In this document: piece after piece, positions 1 through 9,607 of the stretch
How positions within the stretch are numbered: position 1 is the first letter of the stretch
Layout of the letters: every line of letters starts with the position of its first letter
Source of the DNA: Candidatus Hodarchaeota archaeon
Lineage (GTDB): Archaea; Asgardarchaeota; Heimdallarchaeia; Hodarchaeales; Hodarchaeaceae
Assembly (NCBI GenBank): GCA_016840035.1
Contig: JAEOTC010000038.1
Coordinates: 64,001-128,000 of the forward strand
Length of the DNA stretch: 64,000 bases
Reading direction: 5' to 3'
Position numbers and translations under genes: made by a program
The notes under the pieces: model-generated
Databases searched by the model: none
What the model was told of the DNA's origin: nothing
What the model saw: only the letters and a program-made list of their open reading frames with translations

Positions 1-771
1 TGTATTTGTTGCTCCAACCGTAACCAGAAGTTCATCCCCTGTAGCAAATCCTTCAACTGCCTGTAAAAGCTGTGTTTTAACTCGTCTCATTGCTTCACCT
101 TCAGAACTACCACCACGAGTTCCAGCTAGAGCATCAATTTCATCAAAAAAGATAATCGAGGGTGCCTCTTCGACAGCTCGTTCATACAATTCATTAACTA
201 GCTTCTCAGACTCACCTAACCATTTACTTATTAGATTGGCAGCACTAACAGAGAAAAAAGTTGAATCAACTTCCGATGCGACAGCTTTGCATAGATATGT
301 CTTTCCACATCCAGGGGGTCCAAACATCAAAATCCCCTTCCATGGTTTCCGTGCACCTTTGAATAAATCAGGTCGTGACATAGGTAGGATAATAGCTTCC
401 CTTAATGCACGTTTAGCATCTTCCATCCCAGCAACATCTTCCCATTTCACATTGGGTTTTTCTCTTACAATTACGCTTGAGATAGCATCTTCTATTTCAT
501 TACTTTTTTGGGCTTGGGAGGAAGGAGAGGGTGTAGAGGTTTCAGAAGGTTCAATAATTCCTCTTATTTCTTTCACACGAAGGATGTACTCCATCGCCTT
601 GTGATAATAGAGATTTTTCATATTTGGATCGTCAGTGAAATTTATAAGTTTCTGTAACTGTTCTGCAGCAGAAACATAGTATTTAACTGCTTGTTGTGTC
701 TGTCCACTCTGATCCAGCTTGTATGCTAAACTAGCATTCTTTTTAGCTGCTTCAAATAAAGGAGAACCCAT
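1..771 (-). CDS. vps4: Vps4 AAA+ ATPase with N-terminal MIT domain (3' end runs off the window)
   Basis: Manual translation from ATG at 771 (MGSPLFEAAKKNASLAYKLDQSG...): MIT-like helices, VKWEDVAG, PWKGILMFGPPGCGKT (Walker A), SKWLGESEK, IIFFDEID (Walker B); adjacent to ESCRT-III genes. Confidence 0.95.
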   Translation of the reverse strand, partial: MGSPLFEAAKKNASLAYKLDQSGQTQQAVKYYVSAAEQLQKLINFTDDPNMKNLYYHKAMEYILRVKEIRGIIEPSETSTPSPSSQAQKSNEIEDAISSVIVREKPNVKWEDVAGMEDAKRALREAIILPMSRPDLFKGARKPWKGILMFGPPGCGKTYLCKAVASEVDSTFFSVSAANLISKWLGESEKLVNELYERAVEEAPSIIFFDEIDALAGTRGGSSEGEAMRRVKTQLLQAVEGFATGDELLVTVGATNT

Positions 772-824
772 GATTTCATCACATAAATAAATATGCTTTC
801 TTAAATAAATGCGTGGTCAAAAGA

Positions 825-1439
825 TCAGCTTTTCTTGATTTTTTCAAGTTCTTTTTGAAGTTCTTGGGATCGAATATCGGGTGAGGGAAGACCAAAATCT
901 GCTGTAGCAGCTTTAGAGGCACTAATTTCTCCAAGGATTTTTTCCACCATCTCATCTTCTTCTACATCGGATGTCATCATTTCAAAACCCTCATCCATTG
1001 CCTCTGTCGCAACATCTACACGTTCTGTTTCAATTTCCATTTGTTGAAGAACACCTTCAAGCTGAGGAATTTTTAATTGAGCGTTCATCTGATGCAATGT
1101 GCGAACAAGACCCTTGAGATCTTTCCCGATTGCTTGAGTTGCGGCTGCTTGTTCAAGTTTGAATTTTATGGCCTTTACTCGACTAGCCATCTGTTGACAG
1201 GCACGAGCCATGTTTCGATTTTTGGCCACATCCTTAGCTAATAATCTAGCAGTTGACATATCCCCATCATCTATCGCTTTCTCGACTTCCTTCAGCATGC
1301 TTCGTTCTTCTTTTTGTAATTTTCTTCTTTGACGTAACATGCGTTTTTCGACCATTCTAAGTCGCACAATCCATTTTCGTGTCGAACCTGCACCGCTTCC
1401 TCCACCTTTGAGCCATTGACCAAATTTATCAAAAACCAT
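825..1439 (-). CDS. ESCRT-III subunit, Vps2/Vps24/Vps46 class
   Basis: Snf7-fold pattern: basic N-terminal helices (ARLLAKDVAKNR), acidic C-terminal half, MIM-like tail; between Vps4 and a second ESCRT-III gene. Confidence 0.9.
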   Translation of the reverse strand: MVFDKFGQWLKGGGSGAGSTRKWIVRLRMVEKRMLRQRRKLQKEERSMLKEVEKAIDDGDMSTARLLAKDVAKNRNMARACQQMASRVKAIKFKLEQAAATQAIGKDLKGLVRTLHQMNAQLKIPQLEGVLQQMEIETERVDVATEAMDEGFEMMTSDVEEDEMVEKILGEISASKAATADFGLPSPDIRSQELQKELEKIKKS

Positions 1440-1441
1440 GT

Positions 1442-2116
1442 TTATGACCTCAATCCTTCTTCGATCTGTTTTCGCATTTCATCTAATTTCTTTTTATCTG
1501 CTTCACGTTTACCTGAGGTATCTTCAGATATCGGAGAAGTGGGTGTTGCAGAAACACTTGTGTCACTTGCTGGTAAAGAGCCAGATAATTCAGCTTCTAG
1601 CTCTGCCATTTGCATTGAGATCCGATCATCAGCTTCTACATCCATTCCTATTTCTGTAATCGATGTATCGGTTAATGCTTCTTCCATATCGGACACCATT
1701 TCGATAGAATCTTCAAGAGACATCATAACTTCTTCCGTTTTTTCAGGAGAGGCGGCCTCGATATTACTGTCAATTGCAGTTTGAGCTTGTGAAAGAGTTT
1801 CAGTTAATGTAACATTATCCGCAGATATGTCCAGTGTTTCAATGGTTCTTTGTAAATTAGCTATCTTACTATGAGTACTCGTTATTTGTGTTAAATACAA
1901 TTCACGCCGCTTTAATGCTTGGTGTGCTCCTGGTTTATTTCCAGACTTTAATAATTGACGTGCTAACTCATATTGCTCATCAGATTGTCGTTGATAGTTT
2001 TTTACTTTTATTTCCATTTGATTGATGGTTCTTTTTAACTTCGCTTTCGTCTCAGTTGATGAAGATGGTTTCGATCCTGTTAAGAATCCTTTAAGTCGTT
2101 TCAATTGTGTTTTCAA
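1442..2116 (-). CDS. ESCRT-III subunit, Vps20/Vps32/Vps60 (Snf7) class
   Basis: GNKPGAHQALKRRELY resembles the Snf7 K..A..ALKRKK motif; acidic C-terminal half; operon context. Confidence 0.9.
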   Translation of the reverse strand: MKTQLKRLKGFLTGSKPSSSTETKAKLKRTINQMEIKVKNYQRQSDEQYELARQLLKSGNKPGAHQALKRRELYLTQITSTHSKIANLQRTIETLDISADNVTLTETLSQAQTAIDSNIEAASPEKTEEVMMSLEDSIEMVSDMEEALTDTSITEIGMDVEADDRISMQMAELEAELSGSLPASDTSVSATPTSPISEDTSGKREADKKKLDEMRKQIEEGLRS

Positions 2117-2315
2117 CTCGCTTCTAGCTTATCTGAAATGAGTATCTTCTTTCAGTTAAATATCTTAAGCTAGGTAGATGAAGAGTTCTTCTTAAGATTT
2201 ACCATAGAGTTCCTCTATATGTCACCAGAAGTAATTTCTTAAGGAACAGAAGTCATAATCATATCGAATGATACCTAAAAAGCATTAACCATGAAAAAAC
2301 ATATAATATCTGGAT

Positions 2316-3035
2316 TTACCCAACCCCGGGGAATGAAATTAAGACGCCGTCTAGGGTATTAGATTTAATTGCGATTTTTTTACTAATTAATCCCTCTAAT
2401 GATCTTTCAACTCGTTCTATTGTCCAAGCTGTTTTCTGAATTAATTCCGCTGTTGTAATCTGCCCATTAGCAAGTGCTGCAATTTCTAATATCTTTTGAT
2501 GGTCTTTTGTCAATTCTGGATCTGAAAATTCAATAATTTTCATTCCAGCTAGTGTACGTATCTGATGAAGCAATCCATTAGTGGTAAGTAGTTTTAGGGC
2601 TTTATTAACATCTTCTATAGATACAACAATCCCTTTACTTTCATCATTGAGTTTTAAAATCAATTCTGATACGCTAAGGATTCCTCCTGATTGATTTCGT
2701 ACCTGTTTCCCTATTTCAATAATCCTTAGGCCAAGGTAATTGGTGTATTCATCCTTACCTTTCAATCTATCTTTGAATGACGACTTTTTACTAATATCAT
2801 AAATTCCAATTGCGAGAGGAAGCCCTAATTCCTCACGTAATTTCATGACTTTCTGGGCAAGGTCGGGATTCTTCTTAATATCAGTCTTGTATTGGGCTTC
2901 AAGTTTTTGCAATTCTTTATGTAAATTACGAATTCTTTTGCTCATCTCATCGAGAGATTTAAGAGCCAACTGACTACCTTTTACTTTCAGTGCTGCTTCT
3001 TGAGTGATCTTCTCTTCAATTCGTCGTAGGCCCAT
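2316..3035 (-). CDS. ESCRT-II subunit, Vps22/Vps36 (EAP30) family
   Basis: N-terminal MGLRRI plus coiled coil, DIKKNP, YLGLRIIEI, GGILSVSEL, tandem winged helices (WTIERVERSLEGL). Confidence 0.88.
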   Translation of the reverse strand: MGLRRIEEKITQEAALKVKGSQLALKSLDEMSKRIRNLHKELQKLEAQYKTDIKKNPDLAQKVMKLREELGLPLAIGIYDISKKSSFKDRLKGKDEYTNYLGLRIIEIGKQVRNQSGGILSVSELILKLNDESKGIVVSIEDVNKALKLLTTNGLLHQIRTLAGMKIIEFSDPELTKDHQKILEIAALANGQITTAELIQKTAWTIERVERSLEGLISKKIAIKSNTLDGVLISFPGVG

Positions 3036-3377
3036 CTTATTATTCCTCGAGAGCTCGATATTATGAGGTCACTTTGATCTTGTCAATGTTTATTTATAAT
3101 TTTTTACAATACGATACAAAAAATCAGAGTAGAAGGACTAATTAATCATTTCAAATCATCTATTTGAATCGTTGAACATGAGAAAACAGAGAGAAGAACT
3201 TACTAGGTAATTCTTTGTATTCACAAATAGGTTTGCGATTTCAATATTTTTAGAGTTCAATAGTTTTAAACAAGAAGCACTCCAATTCACTAAGTACTGA
3301 TTCTTTCCTGTCATCTTACTGTAGTGTTATATTCATTTAAATATCAACATTCAGTGTAAACTAGGTAGGGAACGTCT

Positions 3378-4724
3378 TTGGGTCTAAGTTCATCTTCTTC
3401 TGACTCGACGGGTTACTGTTCTTTTTGCGGATCAGGACTCGTTTCTTCGGAAGTTCACAAGTGTTTAGATTGTGGTGCTACGTTTTGTCAGCAATGTGCA
3501 ACACGATCTCTTATGACTGGTTCCCAACTTAAATGTTCATGTGGTTCACCCAATATTGAAGCGTTTGACCACATCAAAAATGGAAAAGCTGATCTATTAG
3601 AGGAAATTTTCGATCTAAAACGCTCACTTAAGCAGGTAGGTTACCGGCCAGTTATTCTCTTAAAGCGAACAGGCCAGTTAGAGACACGATTACGTTCCTT
3701 CAGAAAGCAGTTTCTTATTCCAGGTAATTTAATTGATAAGATATTCCTAGAGACGAAAAAAATCGAAAATTTTACACTCAATGAGTTTCAAGAATATACT
3801 TCTAAACTCCAACGAATTTATCACAATGTTGTGCGTCATCCCATTACCGAAAATTCATTCCGAAACTCCTCTCTCCAAATTTCTCTATTTCAAAAACACA
3901 TTGCGAGTTTTGATCAAACTGTGCTCTCTAAGCTTGAATCAATCTCTAAGTTAATTGAGCAGGTTGAAAAACAATGCGATCAATTTGATGAAATGAGAAA
4001 AAATCTTGCTCGTTGTATCGATGTCTTTGTATTAATCCCTGGTGAATTAGGCATCGGATATTTTTCGAATTTAGATCTCCATAATGACAGTTTTAGAAAA
4101 TCTATTGTTGATTTTATTATTACAACTGACAGGATTGCCCTGATAAGGAAAAAACGAACAAATGTCCTTGGACATAAGATGATAATTTTTGATGAATTTC
4201 CACCCAAAGCTTTGATGGACGTGCAGAAAAAGAATTCGGGATTCTTAAAACGAGATAAGCTTCTAATCACCGCCATTAAGCGAGATTTCGTTATTCAATC
4301 CGATGAACACACCCTTTTACGGATTTTCGACTCATTAAAACTCAGTTATCTTGGTCGGCCAAGTGATCTCTATATTAATGAGCCTTTTAGGGATTGGTCC
4401 TCCGAGATTTATCAGGAAAAGATCCTATCTGCATTAAATTTTCAAAATAAGAAGAATTCATCTTCTTCTCCTCTCAAAGCAAACACAAAAGTCCCTGAAA
4501 ATCTTCCTGATTTTGTTAACGGTTTTTTAGAAGAAAGATTACGTGATCTGAGGATCCATGAACTTGCTGCTAAAAGAGCATTACAGGAACTTAAAGAGGG
4601 ACGTAAAAAGGTTGCAGGACGAGAATATTTCGAATTACTAAAACAGTTTGAATTTGAACTCGCAAAAATTGCAGAAGAACGAACAGAACTCCTAATTCGG
4701 ACTGGTAAAACTAATCTTCTATGA
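3378..4724 (+). CDS. Zn-finger / coiled-coil / PH-like protein with a steadiness-box-like C-terminus, inside the ESCRT locus
   Basis: CxxC..CxxC..CxxC..CxC N-terminus; helical middle; FIITTDRIALI PH-like strands; C-terminal ALQELKEG...EYFELLKQFEFEL. Confidence 0.6.
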   Translation: MGLSSSSSDSTGYCSFCGSGLVSSEVHKCLDCGATFCQQCATRSLMTGSQLKCSCGSPNIEAFDHIKNGKADLLEEIFDLKRSLKQVGYRPVILLKRTGQLETRLRSFRKQFLIPGNLIDKIFLETKKIENFTLNEFQEYTSKLQRIYHNVVRHPITENSFRNSSLQISLFQKHIASFDQTVLSKLESISKLIEQVEKQCDQFDEMRKNLARCIDVFVLIPGELGIGYFSNLDLHNDSFRKSIVDFIITTDRIALIRKKRTNVLGHKMIIFDEFPPKALMDVQKKNSGFLKRDKLLITAIKRDFVIQSDEHTLLRIFDSLKLSYLGRPSDLYINEPFRDWSSEIYQEKILSALNFQNKKNSSSSPLKANTKVPENLPDFVNGFLEERLRDLRIHELAAKRALQELKEGRKKVAGREYFELLKQFEFELAKIAEERTELLIRTGKTNLL

Positions 4725-4730
4725 GAAGTA

Positions 4731-5351
4731 TTATAGATTCTTTAATTCTCTTCTAAAGTCTGATAGCCATCGTGATGCCTGAAGCTCTAATTTTTTGAGT
4801 TCGTCAGACTTCAATAATTGTCCTGGCTTTTGTTTGTCCATCCAGATTATCCATTGATTAATATCGTTAGTGACCCAGTGATTATCCCCATACATCGGTG
4901 CTCTAATCAGGATATCGTGAATTTCATCTAAGTAGGGTAAAACACGATCAACTGTTGCAATTGATTCTAGATGGAGAAGGTCAAGAAGCTCTATAGCATT
5001 CGCTACGAATTCTGCAGCAATTGTTGGGAGTTTTTTGATATGTGAATAGTCAATCTGGCTATAGGTATTATCATCCGCTCCTTCTGTCATCTTGAGCTTG
5101 GATAACCCTGAAGGAAATAGTTGAGCAATTCCCTCTTCTTCGATAAAACGATCTACATCAAAATTGTATTGTTCTAATTCAGCACGTGTCTCAATAATTC
5201 TCGTAAGAAGAGTTCTATGTTGTTTATGGTAGGTACTTGAATCGATTTCCCCACGATCATAGGTACGCGAAATCAAGTCAAGAGTACCAATATTCGCAAA
5301 TAATCGGGCTTCTAGATCCCATCTGTGTGTTAAGTTCTGGGGGAATGACAT
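4731..5351 (-). CDS. vps28: ESCRT-I subunit Vps28
   Basis: LFANIGTLDLISRTYDRGEIDSSTYHKQHRTLL matches the Vps28 N-terminal hairpin; C-terminal helical bundle (AEFVANAIELLDLL...VDRVLPYL). Confidence 0.85.
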   Translation of the reverse strand: MSFPQNLTHRWDLEARLFANIGTLDLISRTYDRGEIDSSTYHKQHRTLLTRIIETRAELEQYNFDVDRFIEEEGIAQLFPSGLSKLKMTEGADDNTYSQIDYSHIKKLPTIAAEFVANAIELLDLLHLESIATVDRVLPYLDEIHDILIRAPMYGDNHWVTNDINQWIIWMDKQKPGQLLKSDELKKLELQASRWLSDFRRELKNL

Positions 5352-5360
5352 TGGCTTTAC

Positions 5361-6095
5361 CTAACTCAAGTATTGGAGTTGTTTCCGTAGTAAATACAAC
5401 TCTTTTGTATATTTCTTATACAGTCGTGAATACTCAAAGATTGAGATTTCACCGGCTGCGTAGCGATCTTCTAGGGAGGAGAGTAAATCTGAGATAGCTA
5501 TCCTTTCAGATTCAAGTTCTTCTTGGTCTGAAACCTTCAAACTTCGTGATCTTGATGATTCTTCGGGGTTAATCATAGATCTGGCTCTAAATCTTGCCAG
5601 TTCCTCATCTTTTGCCGTAAGTCGAGCATTCAAAGAAGATAATTCCGTACGTAATGCTTTTGTTTCCACGGCAGATTTAGAAACTCGTTTTTCAACTGTT
5701 GGTTCTGTTAATCTCACCATTGTATCACGAACGGATCTCGCGGTTTCTCCACGGGGTGTAGGCGGTACTCGTGACATGAGATTCTTTAATGCTATGATTA
5801 CTTGGTAAAGGTGAAATTCCGCTCTCCAATTATCCAGAATTCTCAATTGAATGAAACCATCCTTGTCAATATTGGGATGGTCCATCCATCCAATTGCAGT
5901 TACAACTGGAGGAACATTAGGAAAGTATTCTGGGAGAAAAATTTCAAATGTAAACATATTCCTTCCCTTGTTTGTAGTATACGTCAATGTCCCTTGCCAA
6001 CGAGCAAGAGATTCTCCTACTGGATTGAATCCTGATGCAGCGCTATTTGAATATGTTAATTGTGCCTCTCTCGCTAATATAAAATCTCTATCCAT
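5361..6095 (-). CDS. vps23: ESCRT-I subunit Vps23/TSG101-like (UEV + coiled coil + steadiness box)
   Basis: UBC-like fold (PEYFPNVPP, HPNIDKDGFIQL) lacking the catalytic Cys; C-terminal LEDRYAAGEISIFEY steadiness box; GGTGA SD upstream. Confidence 0.88.
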   Translation of the reverse strand: MDRDFILAREAQLTYSNSAASGFNPVGESLARWQGTLTYTTNKGRNMFTFEIFLPEYFPNVPPVVTAIGWMDHPNIDKDGFIQLRILDNWRAEFHLYQVIIALKNLMSRVPPTPRGETARSVRDTMVRLTEPTVEKRVSKSAVETKALRTELSSLNARLTAKDEELARFRARSMINPEESSRSRSLKVSDQEELESERIAISDLLSSLEDRYAAGEISIFEYSRLYKKYTKELYLLRKQLQYLS

Positions 6096-6296
6096 CTAAT
6101 TCACCTGATACTATTGAAATAGGGAGGAAGATACCTTCTCTTCATGGATACTCCACTATCATTTTATCTCTTAGTCAGATTATCAGTACTTGATGTGCTT
6201 AAAAAATCCTCACAATTAGGAAGAGGAAAAACCCGTTCTATCAAGTGATCATCAAATTATACCCTTTTGATGCCCAATGAATATAAAGAGTAATTA

Positions 6297-7511
6297 TTAC
6301 TTCTTTGTTGCTTCAAAAAAGTCCATAACAGCTTCTCCCAACAATTCAAAGGCCAAATTGATATTTAAACCTGTTTTAGCTGATGTAGGAAGATAGTGGA
6401 TTTCAAAACCACGATATTCTTTTGCGACATGTGAAAGTGTCCGTGCAAATTTCCTTGCTTTTGCATCAGAAACCCCGTGAATGCCTTCATCTCGTAAATC
6501 AGCCTTATTTCCTAAAATAATAATAGGTACAGGTCCTCTACCATTCAATTTCCAGAATTCGTTCATCCATCCAACAATGTTTTGGAAACTCTCAACACGA
6601 GTTGTGTCAAAAACTACTATTGCTCCCATGGCAGACATATAATAGGCTTTTCGAACTCCTTCAAAACGTGGTTGACCAGCAAGATCCCAGATGAGATATT
6701 TGACTTGTCTTCCTCCAGAGTACAAAACAGGTGATTCTTTGCTTGCCAAATCAGCTCCAATGGTCATCTGATAATCGTTCCGAAATCCTTCTCCTAAATA
6801 TTGTCTTCTAATTGATGTTTTTCCAACCGCACCATCGCCAATAAGAATAATTTTTAATGTATGATGCTCCTTAACAAAAGAGGATTGATTGGATTCGATT
6901 TGAGTAAGGACTTCCTGTCTAAATTCAGGATTACTTCGTAAAAGATCCTCAGAGTATTTAGCCATAATTGAAACGATTTGTAACGTAAGAGGCGCGATTC
7001 TATCTCTTGTGAATTGCTTTGTAGTTACGATAGCGAAAATGTATTTTTCATCGATTACAAAGAAGTGAATTATCTGAGATTCTAGAGATAATTCTTCGAT
7101 TAATTCTCCAAGCTTATGCCGAACATAATTCTTCATAGCATTTAAAATAAAGCTCAGCGATGTTTGACAACTGGCTTTATCAGAAAGGCAAATTTCAAAT
7201 AAGGGTCGTCCTGAATCACGAAAACATGTTACCATTACGATTTCTTCTGCTTTTTTGGAATGGAATAATCCAAATTGCTTGAATTTTTCTTGTTCCTCCT
7301 CCTCTGTCGGCTGAGAATGAGAATAAACATCTTCTAGGATGTGGAGAAAGTCACCACCATCAGTGAGTGCATCTTCCAGATCAACTTGGACCTTCAAATA
7401 GAATTCTTCCATTTCCATGGCTGCAATGTCTGATTCTATCTGTTTTTCAAGCATCGAAGCATAATCTGGACTATCTTGTGGTGAAGATCTCTTTTCATCT
7501 TCATCCGACAT
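6297..7511 (-). CDS. Longin-like domain fused to a Rab-like small GTPase
   Basis: G1 GDGAVGKT, TIGAD, G3 WDLAGQ, G4 NKAD, G5 TSAK; upstream beta/alpha domain (CFRDSGRPLF...YIFAIVT) resembles longin. Confidence 0.8.
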   Translation of the reverse strand: MSDEDEKRSSPQDSPDYASMLEKQIESDIAAMEMEEFYLKVQVDLEDALTDGGDFLHILEDVYSHSQPTEEEEQEKFKQFGLFHSKKAEEIVMVTCFRDSGRPLFEICLSDKASCQTSLSFILNAMKNYVRHKLGELIEELSLESQIIHFFVIDEKYIFAIVTTKQFTRDRIAPLTLQIVSIMAKYSEDLLRSNPEFRQEVLTQIESNQSSFVKEHHTLKIILIGDGAVGKTSIRRQYLGEGFRNDYQMTIGADLASKESPVLYSGGRQVKYLIWDLAGQPRFEGVRKAYYMSAMGAIVVFDTTRVESFQNIVGWMNEFWKLNGRGPVPIIILGNKADLRDEGIHGVSDAKARKFARTLSHVAKEYRGFEIHYLPTSAKTGLNINLAFELLGEAVMDFFEATKK

Positions 7512-7658
7512 AATTTATCTCCAAATTAATTTTTGACTATGGTGTAATTGTCTCAGATCCTTAAATATTGTACTAAATTCATCAGAGATTGGAGTTTTTC
7601 TTACGACAATGCCAAATTATTTACTTGTATTTTGAATATCCACACGTTTAAATATTTA

Positions 7659-8663
7659 TTATTCAAGTTTAGAGAATAGTCCGGGGATTAGGAATGCTAT
7701 ACAAAATGCAATGACAAAATAAGATAGAAAGTTAGTCACCTGAGTAATCCATACGAGTTCAGGCTGAAATTCCATCGCAATATTATCAATCCCTTTTGCT
7801 ACAAAATATAGAACTACAACTGAAACAATTCCTATGAGAATACGAATAAAGATATTTTTAGAGCTCTCTCTTTTCGTTGAAAAATTTATATATTTTACTT
7901 CCAAGGGTTGACCAACTACTATGCCTGCTAATAGTCCTGGATAGGTTCCTAAATTAGCGTCAGCCCATACCGTAGGATCAGATAACGAGATTGTTTCATT
8001 GAATGGAATCACTGTCCCTAAAATGAGCATAATCAACCCAAGAATAGCTAATAACAAGCTAGCTAAGAGACCGTATATCATTTTCTGATTGTCTGACCAA
8101 CTCTTGCTACGTTCGCTTAAACTAGGTTCTAGTCTGGTGTACAGCCATGAAAGGAACAGACCAAACATGACACCAATTAGAATATCACTAGGCCAATGAA
8201 CTCCCAGATACGTTCTACTTAAAGGAATTGATACTAAGAATATTAACCCAATAATTAAGAGTGGTACACTTTTTACTTTCGCGAGTACATATCCCCATAT
8301 AGCACCTTGAGTTTGTGAATGTCCCGAGGGAAAAGAATATCCATTTGCACTCCAAACCGTTTCCTGACCTAGTACATTTGTAGTAACCTGAAAATCCTCA
8401 GCGTTATACACAAATGGGCGGGGATTATGAAAGAATATCTTCGCTACATAGTTTAAATGAGCAGAGAAAACAAGTAGATATATCAATTTTGTCATGAACT
8501 CTTTATCTAGGGTATAATAGAGTAATACTAGGATTATTAGAATCGGGAAAGTATTTCCAAGAGTTGTCACAACCCCAAAGTAGATATCAAGGAATTCATT
8601 TGATAATCCCTGAATTAAATCCAAAATACTTTCACCCAATGGGCCAAATAGGAGATCAGACAT
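7659..8663 (-). CDS. PAP2-family membrane phosphatase
   Basis: KIFFHNPRP, SFPSGH and SRTYLGVHWPSD motifs; several TM helices. Confidence 0.92.
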   Translation of the reverse strand: MSDLLFGPLGESILDLIQGLSNEFLDIYFGVVTTLGNTFPILIILVLLYYTLDKEFMTKLIYLLVFSAHLNYVAKIFFHNPRPFVYNAEDFQVTTNVLGQETVWSANGYSFPSGHSQTQGAIWGYVLAKVKSVPLLIIGLIFLVSIPLSRTYLGVHWPSDILIGVMFGLFLSWLYTRLEPSLSERSKSWSDNQKMIYGLLASLLLAILGLIMLILGTVIPFNETISLSDPTVWADANLGTYPGLLAGIVVGQPLEVKYINFSTKRESSKNIFIRILIGIVSVVVLYFVAKGIDNIAMEFQPELVWITQVTNFLSYFVIAFCIAFLIPGLFSKLE

Positions 8664-8848
8664 GATTAAACACCAGTTTTGATTTTGAGTAAAAGATTAC
8701 ATTTAAACTTTCTTCCCCAATATTTCTATAATATACCAGATTCTACTGGAAAGCATTCATAGAAATGCAAAATAATTATCAATAAGTTAATTTCTTAACT
8801 CATTATTCGATAATCAGTGGTTTACTTATCTTTTCGATGTGATATTTC

Positions 8849-9598
8849 GTGAGTGAATCAGAATCAATTGTATGTCCAAACTGTAGTGAAAGGAGTCCAG
8901 CTGGTTATATCTTATGCCCTTACTGTGGCTTTGATCTAACAAAAATACTGCGTCAGAGGCAGAAAATTGGAATTACCTTCAAAGAGCGATTTTCACGGAT
9001 TTGGAGAAGTCTTTCAGATCCTCGTGATAGTAAAATTCTATTCAATGAAATTGGAGTAAATCCAGATAGGTTAGGAGTGCTAATTCTATTATACCTTGTC
9101 TCAGTTTCGTATTCAACCGCTACAGTTGGAACTCTTGTAATAAAAGGGAGTAGTTCTTCTTGGCATGATTTTCACTTCTTTTATTTCCTTATTTCACCCT
9201 GGCTTGTTGGGATAGGCTTCCTGTTTTTGGCTTTATTTGGTTGGTTAATTTGCACACTCGTTATTTGGTTAATTGCCAAAACCCTTGGGGGAAAAGCAAG
9301 TTTACGTGACACGTATAGTATAGTGGGATATTCATTTGGCCCACTTATTACAGCTTCGTTGCTAATTTCTGTAGTAATTATTCTGCTTGGGAGTCCTCTG
9401 GAAATCGGTGATACTTTATCTTCCTCTGGTTACGGTATCTTTCATATACTCTATTTACCTTTCATAGCATTCTGTGCATATCATTGTGGGAATGGCCTTC
9501 AGTCTGGACATTTACTAAACCCAACGTACTCCTACATTCTTTCAGGTACAGTGGCAGGAGGATTTGCTATTTTATACCTAATTCCTGTTCTGGGTTGA
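8849..9598 (+). CDS. Zinc-ribbon + Yip1-domain membrane protein
   Basis: CPNC...CPYCG ribbon; about 5 TM helices with AKTLGGKAS...IVGYSFGP typical of Yip1. Confidence 0.75.
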   Translation: MSESESIVCPNCSERSPAGYILCPYCGFDLTKILRQRQKIGITFKERFSRIWRSLSDPRDSKILFNEIGVNPDRLGVLILLYLVSVSYSTATVGTLVIKGSSSSWHDFHFFYFLISPWLVGIGFLFLALFGWLICTLVIWLIAKTLGGKASLRDTYSIVGYSFGPLITASLLISVVIILLGSPLEIGDTLSSSGYGIFHILYLPFIAFCAYHCGNGLQSGHLLNPTYSYILSGTVAGGFAILYLIPVLG

Positions 9599-9607
9599 TA
9601 AAATAGA

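Noticed and set aside
236-604. 122-aa plus-strand ORF
   Set aside because: Antisense shadow of vps4, which the ORF track missed because it runs off the window
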